Origin: Casimicrobiaceae bacterium
GTDB lineage: Bacteria > Pseudomonadota > Gammaproteobacteria > Burkholderiales > Casimicrobiaceae
Direction: 5' to 3'
Assembly (NCBI GenBank): GCA_035470905.1
Contig: DATIQL010000159.1
Span: 693-64,692 of the forward strand
DNA length: 64,000 nt
A model generated the notes under the pieces. The model was not told the DNA's origin, made no database searches, and saw only the letters and a program-made list of their open reading frames with translations. This document shows, piece after piece, positions 1 to 8,431 of this stretch. The first letter of the stretch is position 1. Each line of letters opens with the position of its first letter. The position numbers and the translations under genes are program-made.

Positions 1-23
1 TGCGGCGCCAAGGGCGCAATGAC

Positions 24-137
24 GCCTAACCCATCGGTCGCGGCGAGGCCCAACGGCATGCGCCTGCGGGGCGCCAAGGTTTATCCTGCACTTCGCGCGC
101 CCACACCGTTGGTCCCGCTTCACCTCGAACGTTAGGC
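24..137 (+). repeat. attC recombination site (114 bp)
   Basis: GCCTAAC (24-30) and GTTAGGC (131-137) are exact inverse cores. 5' arm CCATCGGTCGCGGCGAGGCCCAACGGC, 3' arm GCTTCACCTCGAAC. The next ORF starts 17 nt downstream. Confidence 0.8.
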
Positions 138-153
138 AACGCCCGCCCCTTTC

Positions 154-708
154 ATGCAACTCGTTCGGCCGTCTGAGCGCCACTTGCCGAGCTACATCGC
201 GGCGCTGGAGCGCGGGTGGTCCGCGGACAATCTGCGCCCCGAAGCAGCGCAAGAAGAGCTTGCCCGTGTCCGGGCTGACGCCCAGGCGTTCATCGCCAGC
301 ATGGAGGATCGCCAAGCCAAGGGCCCGCCGCTCACTCTTCCGGACGGCTCCGTCGTCAATCGGCTTCCGGGCTTTCGGCGCTGGCTGTGGGACGGAGAGT
401 TCTGCGGAAGCATCGGCTTCCGGTGGCAGGAAGGAACAACGGAACTGCCGCCACACTGCCTCGGCCATATCGGCTATGCGGTCGTTCCCTGGAAGCAGAG
501 GCTTGGCTACGCCAAAGCGGCGCTGGCGCAGCTGCTACCAGAAGCCAAGTCCGTTGGACTGCCGTTCGTGGAGCTCACCACAGATCCAGAGAACCTGGCG
601 TCCCAGCGTGTCATCTTGGCCAACGCCGGCATTCTGGTAGAGCACTTCACCAAGCCACCGCAGTTTGGCGGCAAGCCAGGGCTGCGGTTTCGCATCGCGC
701 TGGCGTAG
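154..708 (+). CDS. GNAT family N-acetyltransferase
   Basis: 184-aa ORF with a GNAT core (HIGYAVVPWKQRLGYAKAAL, ASQRVILANAG). Confidence 0.8.
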   Translation: MQLVRPSERHLPSYIAALERGWSADNLRPEAAQEELARVRADAQAFIASMEDRQAKGPPLTLPDGSVVNRLPGFRRWLWDGEFCGSIGFRWQEGTTELPPHCLGHIGYAVVPWKQRLGYAKAALAQLLPEAKSVGLPFVELTTDPENLASQRVILANAGILVEHFTKPPQFGGKPGLRFRIALA

Positions 709-752
709 AGTAGACGCTGGGCGCCATTTAGTACCCTCAATACGCCGAACGC

Positions 753-1052
753 ATGTCTTTGTCTGTGCTCAACGGAGGGACCATGAGATTTAGTGCCACC
801 CTACTGGCTTTGACGCTTGGAGTGTTTTGGGGCGCGGCGATCCTCATCGTTGCCGTGGCAAATCTGATCTGGCCAAGCTACGGTCGCGCTTTCCTCGACT
901 TGGCCGCCTCCCTCTACCCTGGGTACCATCCTGGCTCTGGCCTGGTTTCGGTTATCACAGCCACGCTTTACGGTCTGGTAGATGGCGCAGTCGGTGGCGC
1001 TGTATTTGCCTGGTTATACAACTTCGTGGCACGCCGCCTCGGTGCAGCCTAA
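753..1052 (+). CDS. small membrane protein, unknown function
   Basis: 99 aa with two hydrophobic helices. Its stop lies inside an attC core. Confidence 0.5.
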   Translation: MSLSVLNGGTMRFSATLLALTLGVFWGAAILIVAVANLIWPSYGRAFLDLAASLYPGYHPGSGLVSVITATLYGLVDGAVGGAVFAWLYNFVARRLGAA

Positions 1053-1130
1053 CCTCTAGTCCAACCGGGCCGTGCCCCGCGGGCGTCCTTCTGCTCCCGC
1101 GGGTGCGGCCCGTTGACGCAGACGGTAGGT
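1047..1130 (+). repeat. attC recombination site (84 bp)
   Basis: GCCTAAC at 1047-1053 contains the TAA stop of the upstream ORF. Internal palindrome CGGGCCGTGCCCCGCGGG / CCCGCGGGTGCGGCCCG. 3' core is GGTAGGT (one mismatch to GTTRRRY). Confidence 0.6.
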
Positions 1131-1140
1131 CTCTCTCCGG

Positions 1141-1368
1141 ATGACCCCGCATCCCGCGTCATCGCAATTGGTTGGCTTGCCCGCGTGGCTGTTGGCTGCG
1201 TTGGCCGCAGGTGCAGTGGGGGCCGTCGCCTCCGATGATGCGGCATCGTTCTACGCACAGTTGAGCAAGCGGTCCGGGGCGCCGCCGGCTTGGGTGTTCG
1301 ATCCCGTGTGGTCGGCGCTGTACGCGCAAATGGGGTTGGCGCGGGGCATGGATCCTCGATCGACCTAA
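1141..1368 (+). pseudogene. TspO/MBR family protein, N-terminal fragment
   Basis: 75 aa containing the PPAWVFDPVWSALY motif typical of TspO helices 1-2. The family is normally about 150-160 aa. The ORF terminates at an attC. Confidence 0.5.
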
Positions 1369-1419
1369 CTTCGATTCGAGCGGACGCGATGAAGCGCGCC
1401 GCTCAACATCGCATTGGGT
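1363..1419 (+). repeat. attC recombination site (57 bp, classic 59-be size)
   Basis: ACCTAAC at 1363-1369 contains the stop codon. Palindrome GAGCGGACGCG..GCGCGCCGCTC. 3' end is CAACATCGCATTGGGT. Confidence 0.55.
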
Positions 1420-1440
1420 GTCTCGTCGGCCAGGAGTTGC

Positions 1441-2043
1441 ATGAGTACCAACCTGTCCCAGCTGCCAGCCGACCTGCCGAGGCCCGTTGACGACGGTGCC
1501 GCTGCGCATCTCGCGGGAGAGCTGCTGCCGCGCATTGCACTCCCGAGCACGGACGGTACAACCGTCAACCTGGCTGATCTGGCCGGCCGATGGGTGATCT
1601 ACATATATCCAATGACTGGGCGCCCCGACGTTGCCTTGCCTGACGGGTGGGATGGCATCCCTGGGGCACGAGGATGCACCCCTCAATCTTGCAGCTTTCG
1701 CGACCACTACAAGGAGCTCCAAGAGCTCGGAACTGGCGTATTCGGCCTCAGCGCCCAGGGCACGGACTATCAGCGTGAGGCCCGTGACCGTCTGCATCTG
1801 CCGTTTCAGTTGCTGAGCGATAGCTCGCTCCAATTGAAGAGTACGTTACGGTTGCCAACGTTTACCACCGCCGGCATGGAGTTGTTCAAGCGCCTCACGC
1901 TCATCGCCGGGCACGGGAAGATCAGGAAAGTCTTCTATCCGGTGTTTCCGCCCGATCGCAATGCCGATGAGGTCCTGGCATGGCTGCGAAAAGACTCCCA
2001 ACCCGGCGCTCCAGGGGGCGCGCCGCACGCGGCGCGGCCTTGA
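1441..2043 (+). CDS. peroxiredoxin (AhpC/TSA, Bcp-like)
   Basis: YIYPMTGRPD...GCTPQSCSF active-site region. ATG at 1441. Confidence 0.75.
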   Translation: MSTNLSQLPADLPRPVDDGAAAHLAGELLPRIALPSTDGTTVNLADLAGRWVIYIYPMTGRPDVALPDGWDGIPGARGCTPQSCSFRDHYKELQELGTGVFGLSAQGTDYQREARDRLHLPFQLLSDSSLQLKSTLRLPTFTTAGMELFKRLTLIAGHGKIRKVFYPVFPPDRNADEVLAWLRKDSQPGAPGGAPHAARP

Positions 2044-2058
2044 GCTTTCCCATCAGGC
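1996..2058 (+). repeat. possible degenerate attC
   Basis: 3' end CCCATCAGGC matches the ATCAGGC/GTCAGGC ends of other sites. The 5' core is only TCCCAAC, and the peroxiredoxin stop lies inside the site. Confidence 0.3.
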
Positions 2059-2092
2059 GTCGCAGGCACCAATCCAGGCCCATTCAGCGCAC

Positions 2093-2488
2093 ATGAACAT
2101 CCGAAGCGCTGCTTGCTCCTGCGGGCGACTCACGGCAACCGTCGCTGGAGAGCCGGTCAGAGTCTCCGTCTGTCATTGCCTTGCATGCCAGCAAAGAACC
2201 GGCAGCGTCTTCGGCGCCCAGGCGCGGTTCGCAGCAGAACAGGTTTCCTTCAGCGGCAAGGCAAGCGAGTACATCCGCGTGGGCGACGAAGGTTCACACG
2301 CACGGTTCCGCTTCTGCCCAAACTGCGGGTCCACGGTGTACTACACCGTCGAAGAACTGCCCGGCGTAGTGGTCATACCGGTCGGGGCTTTCGCCGAACC
2401 GACCTTTCCCGAGCCGACGTTCTCGGTGTACGAGGAGCGCATGCACCGGTGGGTCGGTCTTCCCGCAGGCATCGAGCATATGCCGTAA
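2093..2488 (+). CDS. GFA family (CENP-V/glutathione-dependent formaldehyde-activating-like) protein
   Basis: Zinc Cys motifs CSCG...CHCLACQ...CPNCGS. Confidence 0.85.
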   Translation: MNIRSAACSCGRLTATVAGEPVRVSVCHCLACQQRTGSVFGAQARFAAEQVSFSGKASEYIRVGDEGSHARFRFCPNCGSTVYYTVEELPGVVVIPVGAFAEPTFPEPTFSVYEERMHRWVGLPAGIEHMP

Positions 2489-2521
2489 TGCTGCGGGCGC
2501 CTGCGCGGCTCGAACGTTAGC
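2482..2521 (+). repeat. possible truncated attC
   Basis: Ends CTCGAACGTTAGCC, as in CTCGAACGTTAGGC of site 24-137. The 5' box GCCGTAAT contains the TAA stop. Only about 40 bp long. Confidence 0.35.
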
Positions 2522-3533
2522 CTTCGGAAAATCCATGCTCGATGTCGCTTCGCCCCGTCGAGTCGCAATCCCCGCCGGTGCGCTCATGGACATCGAGGTC
2601 GCAGCGTACGCAGCCTTGTCGTACCGGTGAAATCGTCGGCTCTCGCCGGCGGGCGGGAATTGTCATGGCGGCGACTCCTGCCACAACGCACACCAGACCG
2701 ATCACGCCGGTCGACGACAGGCTTTCCCCGAGAAAGAGAACGCCGATCGCCACGCCGAAAGGCACCCGCAAGTAGGCCTGAGCAGTGGTCCCAACTGGCC
2801 CGAGTGTCTGGACCAGTCGGAAGTAGATCAAGAACGCGAGCGCCGTGGAGAAAACCGAGAGGCCAAGCAACGCGAGGATCGACTGCCATGAAGGAGCCAA
2901 GGCCCAAGGTTGGTCGACCACGAGGCTGACGGGACCGAGGACGGCTGCACCGCAAATCATCGACCCCGCCGCCGGCATGATCGGCTCCAGGCCCTTGAAG
3001 TTCTTTCCGAAGATCGCCGCACCGGCATAGCATGCCGTCGCCGCGACAATTGCGAGCTGTGCCCGGACCTCTTGGCCGAAGCCGCCGAGCGCCTGAACGC
3101 CGACAACGAGACAAACGCCGGCAAGGCCGGCAACTACGCCAAAGAGTTTCCGGCCCGTAACGGGTTCATGGCGGGCGAAAACTGCGGTGAACAAGAAGGC
3201 GAAGATCGGCGAAGTGGAGTTGAGGACCGTCGCCAGGGCTGCATCGGTGGTCTGCTGAGCCCATGCGATGAGCGTGAAAGGAATCACACTGTTGAGACAC
3301 GCCTGAAAGAAGAACCGTCGCCACGTGGCCGCGTCGCTCGGGAGCGCAAGCCCTCGCCACAAGATCACGAGGGCCAATGCCGCGCCTGCGATCATCGTCC
3401 GCGCCGCGATCAGCGTCACGGGCGGGATGGTCTCAACCCCGACCTTGATGAAGCTGTATGAGGCTCCCCACAGCGCAGCGAGAGCCAGCAGCAGCGCGAG
3501 TTCCGTCGGTAGATTCACTTCTTTCGCTGACAT
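2517..3533 (-). CDS. DMT superfamily (EamA-like) transporter
   Basis: About 10 TM segments forming two EamA repeats. Start at MSAKEVN. Reverse orientation relative to the array. Confidence 0.8.
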   Translation of the reverse strand: MSAKEVNLPTELALLLALAALWGASYSFIKVGVETIPPVTLIAARTMIAGAALALVILWRGLALPSDAATWRRFFFQACLNSVIPFTLIAWAQQTTDAALATVLNSTSPIFAFLFTAVFARHEPVTGRKLFGVVAGLAGVCLVVGVQALGGFGQEVRAQLAIVAATACYAGAAIFGKNFKGLEPIMPAAGSMICGAAVLGPVSLVVDQPWALAPSWQSILALLGLSVFSTALAFLIYFRLVQTLGPVGTTAQAYLRVPFGVAIGVLFLGESLSSTGVIGLVCVVAGVAAMTIPARRREPTISPVRQGCVRCDLDVHERTGGDCDSTGRSDIEHGFSEG

Positions 3534-3636
3534 GGATCCCGATCTGCGGGGAGGAGCCCGAATGGCGATGCTATCGCGGGTCCGTTCGCAGATGGTTCGG
3601 TGTCGGCCGAATCGTGGCCGGACGCGGCACAACCAT

Positions 3637-3836
3637 GCCTGACCCCTCGGTCGAGCGGAGAGGATCTCCGGGCTCTCGGCGGAGTCACGATCAATCCCGG
3701 CGGACTTTCGGCCGGCCCAGCGCTGGCCGGGCCGGCAATCGCGGACTCGCGGTCAATTCGTGGGGACTCCCGGCAGGGTGCGCCGGCGCGGTTTTCGACA
3801 CCATTCGCCGGCACACCCTCACTTGAAACGGACCAA
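3637..3836 (+). repeat. possible long attC
   Basis: Starts GCCTGACCCCTCGGTCGAG (family A 5' arm). Candidate 3' end is CACTTGAAACGGACCAA. The 200-bp length is atypical. Confidence 0.35.
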
Positions 3837-3842
3837 CCAACC

Positions 3843-4046
3843 ATGGGCACCGAACCATCCGACACCGAAGCCGTCGTCCAGGCCCACCTGAAGGCGTTCG
3901 TCCGGCAGATGGGCGTCGAGGGCGAGGTCGCGTACATCACCTGGAGCGTCGGTGACTACGCGCCGCTCGGCATGGACACTTTCGTCGTGCGCAATGGAAA
4001 GATCGTGTCACAGACCTTCGCGATGCATCCGCCGGCGGCGGCATAG
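3843..4046 (+). CDS. short NTF2/SnoaL-like fragment or small protein
   Basis: 67 aa. AVVQAHLKAF...DTFVVRNGKIVSQTF resembles the N- and C-terminal ends of SnoaL-like proteins with the middle missing. Confidence 0.3.
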   Translation: MGTEPSDTEAVVQAHLKAFVRQMGVEGEVAYITWSVGDYAPLGMDTFVVRNGKIVSQTFAMHPPAAA

Positions 4047-4080
4047 CTTCGTCGCCGAGGCGGCCTCGATCCCGGACCAA
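4041..4080 (+). repeat. possible short attC remnant
   Basis: GCATAGC contains the stop codon. GCCGAGGCGGCCTCG is a palindrome. It ends GGACCAA, like the preceding site. Confidence 0.3.
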
Positions 4081-4090
4081 GGACCCCGCA

Positions 4091-4822
4091 ATGACTGCAA
4101 TCCTGACCTTTCTGTACGGCCTGATCGCATATGCCGTGGGTGTTGGCGCCCTGGCCTATTTCATTGGCTTCTGCGGCGACGTGCTCGTGCCGAAGTCGGT
4201 GGACAGCGGTACTGCAGGGACTCTGGCCGAAGCAGTGTGCATGGATGTGCTCCTGCTGAGCCTCTTCGCCCTGCAGCACAGCGCGATGGCGCGCCCGGCC
4301 TTCAAGCGCTGGTGGACGCGGATCGTCCCGCAGTCAGTGGAGCGAAGCACGTACCTGCTCGCGACCAGCGTCGTGCTCGGTGTTCTCATCTGGCAATGGC
4401 GGCCGATCCCGGCGCCGATCGTCTGGCGGATCGAAAATGGCGATGCCGTGCGGCTTCTGTGGACGGTGTTCGGCCTCGGATGGACGATGACGCTGGTCAG
4501 CACGTTCCTCATCAATCACTTCGAACTCTTCGGGCTGCAGCAGGTCTTCGCGCGCCTGACCGGACGCACGATTCCTGCGCCGGAGTTCAGGACGCCGCTC
4601 TTCTACCGGTACGTGCGCCACCCACTCTATCTCGGCATTCTGCTCAGCCTCTGGTCGGTGCCTGTGATGACGGCAGGACACCTGCTGTTGTCGACCGGGC
4701 TCAGTGGCTATATCGTCCTCGGTATCTGGTTCGAGGAGCGCGACCTCGTCGCGGCGTTCGGCGAGCGCTACCACCGCTATCGTGCGGAAGTCGGCATGCT
4801 GCTGCCGCGCCGGAGCCGGTGA
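4091..4822 (+). CDS. membrane methyltransferase family protein (ICMT/MddA/NnrU-like)
   Basis: Multi-TM protein with the C-terminal motif LFYRYVRHPLYLG...FEERDL...FGERY. Confidence 0.7.
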   Translation: MTAILTFLYGLIAYAVGVGALAYFIGFCGDVLVPKSVDSGTAGTLAEAVCMDVLLLSLFALQHSAMARPAFKRWWTRIVPQSVERSTYLLATSVVLGVLIWQWRPIPAPIVWRIENGDAVRLLWTVFGLGWTMTLVSTFLINHFELFGLQQVFARLTGRTIPAPEFRTPLFYRYVRHPLYLGILLSLWSVPVMTAGHLLLSTGLSGYIVLGIWFEERDLVAAFGERYHRYRAEVGMLLPRRSR

Positions 4823-4924
4823 TGATCCGTACCCCGGTGCGAGGCGACGGGTTCGCATCGCCCGGGACTGGGCGCGCAGGCGCCGCGCTCGGCCTGGCCG
4901 TCGGCCGCCTCGGAAGGGGCCGTC

Positions 4925-5233
4925 GTGCTTGAATTGAGACCAGCCTGCGAGCACTGCAACAAACCGCTGCCCCCCGATTCAGTCGAAGCGCGCATCTGCA
5001 GCTACGAGTGCACATTCTGTGCCGCTTGCGTCGACGCAGTACTGGGCAACGTGTGCCCAAATTGAGGCGGTGGCTTCGCGCCGAGGCCCATCCGGCCGTC
5101 GAGGAACTGGAAAGGCGACAACTATCTCGGCAAGGACCCGGCGACCACCAGGGTCAGGCACAGGCCCGTCGACCTGCAAGCCCATGCAGTGTTCGCGGCT
5201 GAAATCCGGTCGATTCCGCCCGGGCAGCGGTGA
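4925..5233 (+). pseudogene. DUF1272 zinc-ribbon protein with in-frame TGA at 5063-5065
   Basis: VLELRPACEHCNKPLPPDSVEARICSYECTFCAACVDAVLGNVCPN*GGGFAPRPIRP. Homologues read CPNCGGG, so the TGA replaces a Cys codon. Confidence 0.6.
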
Positions 5234-5299
5234 CTGTGCTGCAGTTCGTCCTGCTCGATCTGACGATGGCGCTGCTCGACGCCGTCTACGAGTTCCTGC

Positions 5300-5621
5300 T
5301 TGCGTGGCTTGCTTGCAGCGCTGGTCCGGCCTGAAGATACAAGCGCCGGGGCTGCGCACCTGTCCCAGCGCCTGCGGCCCGCAGGCTTCGTCGGCCTGGC
5401 GCCCTTGCTCGATCTCGTGGCAGCAGCCAGTGCGAACCTCGGGAATGGAGCCGTCCACGCCTTCCTGGGTGGCGCGCCCACCACGGTGCCCGAGCGCTAC
5501 CGCGTCGCCGCCGGCCGCGCTGCTTCCGCTGGGCGTCCGCCAATGGATACTGCATGGCGACGCAGATGACGCCGTTCCTCCGGCGCCGAGCAAATCGTAC
5601 GTCGCCCAGGGGGCCGCATGA
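5300..5621 (+). pseudogene. alpha/beta hydrolase, 3' remnant with frameshift
   Basis: One frame reads GLAPLLDLVAAASANLGNGAVHAFLGGAPTTVPERY. It continues in another frame as LLPLGVRQWILHGDADDAVP. There is no N-terminal half. Confidence 0.5.
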
Positions 5622-5682
5622 AGCGCGGCGTTGAGCATCGCTTTTGCAATGCGTCAGGCCACCAGAGGAAAAGGGGCTTCAT

Positions 5683-6012
5683 ATGCAGATGTCGTCAATC
5701 CCCTTCGGCACCACCGATTGGGCGAAGGTCGAGAGTACGGAACACAAGGGCGAGCGTGGCTCCGCCTGGTGGCGCACCCGGCAGTTCGGCGATGTTCGCG
5801 TCCGCATGGTCGAGTACTCGGCTGGTTACGAGGCAGATCATTGGTGCGCCAAGGGCCACATTCTTCTTTGTATCGACGGCGAGCTTCACACGGAGCTGCA
5901 AGACGGTCGCCTCTTCACACTTCGCCCGGGCATGAGCTATCAGGTTGCCGACAATGCGGAACCGCATCGCTCGTACACAAAGATCGGTGCGAAGCTGTTC
6001 ATCGTTGACTAG
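5683..6012 (+). CDS. DHCW-motif cupin fold protein
   Basis: MQMSSIPFGTTDW...GYEADHWCAKGHILLCIDGEL. Confidence 0.75.
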   Translation: MQMSSIPFGTTDWAKVESTEHKGERGSAWWRTRQFGDVRVRMVEYSAGYEADHWCAKGHILLCIDGELHTELQDGRLFTLRPGMSYQVADNAEPHRSYTKIGAKLFIVD

Positions 6013-6033
6013 TGCCGCAGCCTGGTCCTTCGT

Positions 6034-6147
6034 TCCACCCAATTCGCGGCAGCGGACCTCCACCGGCTTGGCTCGCGAGCCGCTGCGGGTCTATGCTCCG
6101 TCTCGCGGGCCGGGCCGGTTCCGGCCCGCTCAGCTCAAGCGTTAGGC
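6034..6147 (+). repeat. attC recombination site (114 bp)
   Basis: Ends GCTCAGCTCAAGCGTTAGGC (GTTAGGC at 6141-6147). The 5' arm TCCACCCAATTCGCGGCAGCGGAC resembles the TAACAATTCGTTCAAGCCGAC arm of classical aadA-type attC (quoted from memory). Confidence 0.65.
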
Positions 6148-6227
6148 GGCGGACGGCCTTTGGACTCCCGTTCGCAAGCAGATTGGCTTCTACTCCAGCG
6201 TCGTACACGGACGAAATCACCGGCCCC

Positions 6228-6287
6228 TTCCATCGAGCGGACAGCCACCGGCAAGTCGGCGCCTGCCACCCATGTCAAGCGTTAGAA
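6228..6287 (+). repeat. attC recombination site (60 bp)
   Basis: TTCCATCGAGCGGACA...CCCATGTCAAGCGTTAGAA. The 3' core is GTTAGAA (6281-6287), and its reverse complement TTCTAAC is close to the 5' TTCCATC. Confidence 0.65.
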
Positions 6288-6342
6288 GTCCGAGTCCGAC
6301 ACCGCGAAGCAACATCAAGGTCTAATCGAACGGAGGACCTGC

Positions 6343-7206
6343 ATGACCGAACAGCAGCCCGCATTCGACGCAGCGAAGTACAAGAACGCGCAGCGAGAGC
6401 AATGGAACAAGGACGGCGCGGCATGGCGACGCTGGAATCCCACTCTGGATCGTTGGTATGGCGAAGTCACCCGCCGGATGCTCGACCTCGCCCGGATTCA
6501 CCCAGGTCAGCGCATCCTGGACATCGCCGCGGGCGCAGGCGAACCGGCTGTCGGTGCCGCCGAACGAGTTGGCCCTGATGGTTACGTGCTGGCGACCGAC
6601 ATCTCCGAAGGAATCGTCGAGCTTGCGCACCAGGTCGCCCGTGAACGGGGACTCAAGCAGATCGAGACCCGCGCCATGGACGGCGAGAAATTGGATCTCC
6701 CCGACGCTTCCTTCGATGCGGTGCTGTGTCGGCTTGGGCTGATGTACATGCCGCACCCCGTGACAGCGCTGCGCGAGTGGCGCCGTGCCCTGAGAGCGGG
6801 CGGCCGAGTCGCCGTCGTCGTATTTTCCACCCCCGATCGAAACAGTTGGGGTGCCGCGCCGGCTTCCATCATCCGCCGGCGCGCGCAACTTCCGCCCCCC
6901 GTTCCGGGACAACCCGGACCATTCAGCCTCGGCGGCCCCGGAGTGCTCGAAGGCGTCTTCCGTCAAGCCGGATTTGCCAATCCCGAAGTTCACGCCGTGC
7001 CGGTGCCCCATCGAATGGCCAGTGCCGCGGAGTACGTGCGGGTCGCCCGAGAAGCCTTCGGCGCATTCAATGCCATGATGGCTCACCTGTCCCCTCAGGA
7101 ACGCGAGTCCGTGTGGAACGAAGTGGAAGACTCAATGCGTAGTTTCGAATCGCCCGGTGGGTTCGACGTGCCGGGTGAGTGCCTCGTCGGTGCGGCCACG
7201 AAATGA
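6343..7206 (+). CDS. class I SAM-dependent methyltransferase
   Basis: ILDIAAGAGEP motif I, followed by an FDAVLCRLGLMYM region. Confidence 0.8.
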   Translation: MTEQQPAFDAAKYKNAQREQWNKDGAAWRRWNPTLDRWYGEVTRRMLDLARIHPGQRILDIAAGAGEPAVGAAERVGPDGYVLATDISEGIVELAHQVARERGLKQIETRAMDGEKLDLPDASFDAVLCRLGLMYMPHPVTALREWRRALRAGGRVAVVVFSTPDRNSWGAAPASIIRRRAQLPPPVPGQPGPFSLGGPGVLEGVFRQAGFANPEVHAVPVPHRMASAAEYVRVAREAFGAFNAMMAHLSPQERESVWNEVEDSMRSFESPGGFDVPGECLVGAATK

Positions 7207-7265
7207 TCGTATGCAGACTGCCGACCATCCGTTGAAGCCGACCCGTTGTCTGGAGGAGATGCAGC

Positions 7266-7658
7266 ATGGACCGATTCACGGGCGGTTGCCTGTGCGGCAA
7301 CATCCGAATCGTGGCTTCGGGAGTCCCATACCGGGTCGGCATTTGCCACTGTCTCGACTGCCGCAAGCATCATGGGGCCCTTTTTAACGCTTCCGCGGTG
7401 TTCCCTCGGGATGCAGTGACGATCGATGGCGAAACACGCGATTACGCCGGGCGGTTCTTCTGTCCCCGCTGCGGCTCGTCCGTTTTCGCACGCACCGCAG
7501 ACGAAATCGAAGTGAATCTAGGATCCCTGGATGCACCTGACCAACTGATGCCAACCTACGAAAGCTGGACCGTCCGGCGCGAGGCCTGGTTGCCGCCGTT
7601 TCCGCTCGCGAGACGATACGACCACGATCGTGACGCCACGAGCCGCTTTGAGGAGTAG
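7266..7658 (+). CDS. GFA family protein
   Basis: GGCLCG...CHCLDCRK...CPRCGS. Confidence 0.85.
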   Translation: MDRFTGGCLCGNIRIVASGVPYRVGICHCLDCRKHHGALFNASAVFPRDAVTIDGETRDYAGRFFCPRCGSSVFARTADEIEVNLGSLDAPDQLMPTYESWTVRREAWLPPFPLARRYDHDRDATSRFEE

Positions 7659-7880
7659 GTCGCACCAACCTCCGCGCCCTTCCCCACCTTGATCCTCGCG
7701 AACCCATGAGCACAGTCCGCCCTGGGAACCAACCCACTCTCGTGGTCGTAGACTGTCGCGATGAAGTGGTTAAGGTACCCCGGACGCAACAACGGTACCG
7801 CGGGCACTGAAGAGGTGAATTTTGCGGCTGCCTCCGGCGAGCCCTGACCCGACGCTCATCGCACAGCGAGCGGGGCTGCG

Positions 7881-7949
7881 GCCCAATGCCTCGGTGGAGG
7901 CGAGGCCCAACGGCAAACCACCGGACCCGCCTCGCCTCGAACGCCAGGC
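7881..7949 (+). repeat. attC recombination site (69 bp)
   Basis: GCCCAATGCCTCGGTGGAGGCGAGGCCCAACGGC...CCTCGCCTCGAACGCCAGGC. The GGAGGCGAGG and CCTCGCCTC arms pair. Confidence 0.6.
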
Positions 7950-7994
7950 GTCGCACGGCGCCCGCGGAGCTTCCGAGTCGAGAGGTCACGCATC

Positions 7995-8402
7995 ATGTAC
8001 GCGATCAAGACCGAGATCGGTGACACGACAGCCGAGACCTGGACCTTTGGCCGGCAGAAGACCATGTATGGAGGGAAACGCATCGGCAAGGGCGACACCA
8101 TCTTCGTCTTCGCCAGCGAGAACGAAGGTGGCCGCGGCCTCATAGCCAGTGGCGTGGTCACCTCAGCCGAGGCCATCCCGCGAAAGGAAGGCGTCGAGCG
8201 ACAAACACCTTTGGTGAGCGTCGCAGTCAAGCGCACTGCCTCGGCGAAGCACCGACTTGGACGAGCCGAACTCAGGCCTTTCAAGGACTGGAACGATGAG
8301 CGCCCCGAGACTGAATTGAACTTCAAGTTCTATCGCCAGGCGACGAACAAGATCGTGGGCATATCCGAGGAAACTGGCACATTCCTTCAGAGCTTCTTCT
8401 AG
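7995..8402 (+). CDS. hypothetical protein (possibly PUA/EVE-like fold)
   Basis: 135-aa single-gene cassette between attC 7881-7949 and 8432-8557. GDTIFVFASENEGGRGLIASGVVTS loosely recalls EVE/PUA-like readers. No firm family assignment. Confidence 0.5.
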   Translation: MYAIKTEIGDTTAETWTFGRQKTMYGGKRIGKGDTIFVFASENEGGRGLIASGVVTSAEAIPRKEGVERQTPLVSVAVKRTASAKHRLGRAELRPFKDWNDERPETELNFKFYRQATNKIVGISEETGTFLQSFF

Positions 8403-8431
8403 GTCTTCGATCTCTCCACGCCACCAGCGAC

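Noticed and set aside
5063-5120. Selenocysteine decoding of the in-frame TGAs (here and at 57985)
   Set aside because: Not adopted as the primary reading. Only trivial 4-bp stems follow either TGA, with no bSECIS-like hairpin bearing an apical GU. The Prx site is not the catalytic Cys, and no sel genes are in the window. It is kept as a low-probability alternative in the findings.
7556-7807. 83-aa minus-strand ORF in the 220-nt gap after the GFA gene
   Set aside because: It overlaps the GFA 3' end, matches no family and has no RBS. The gap more likely holds decayed attC or cassette remnants (GCCCTGAC at about 7843).
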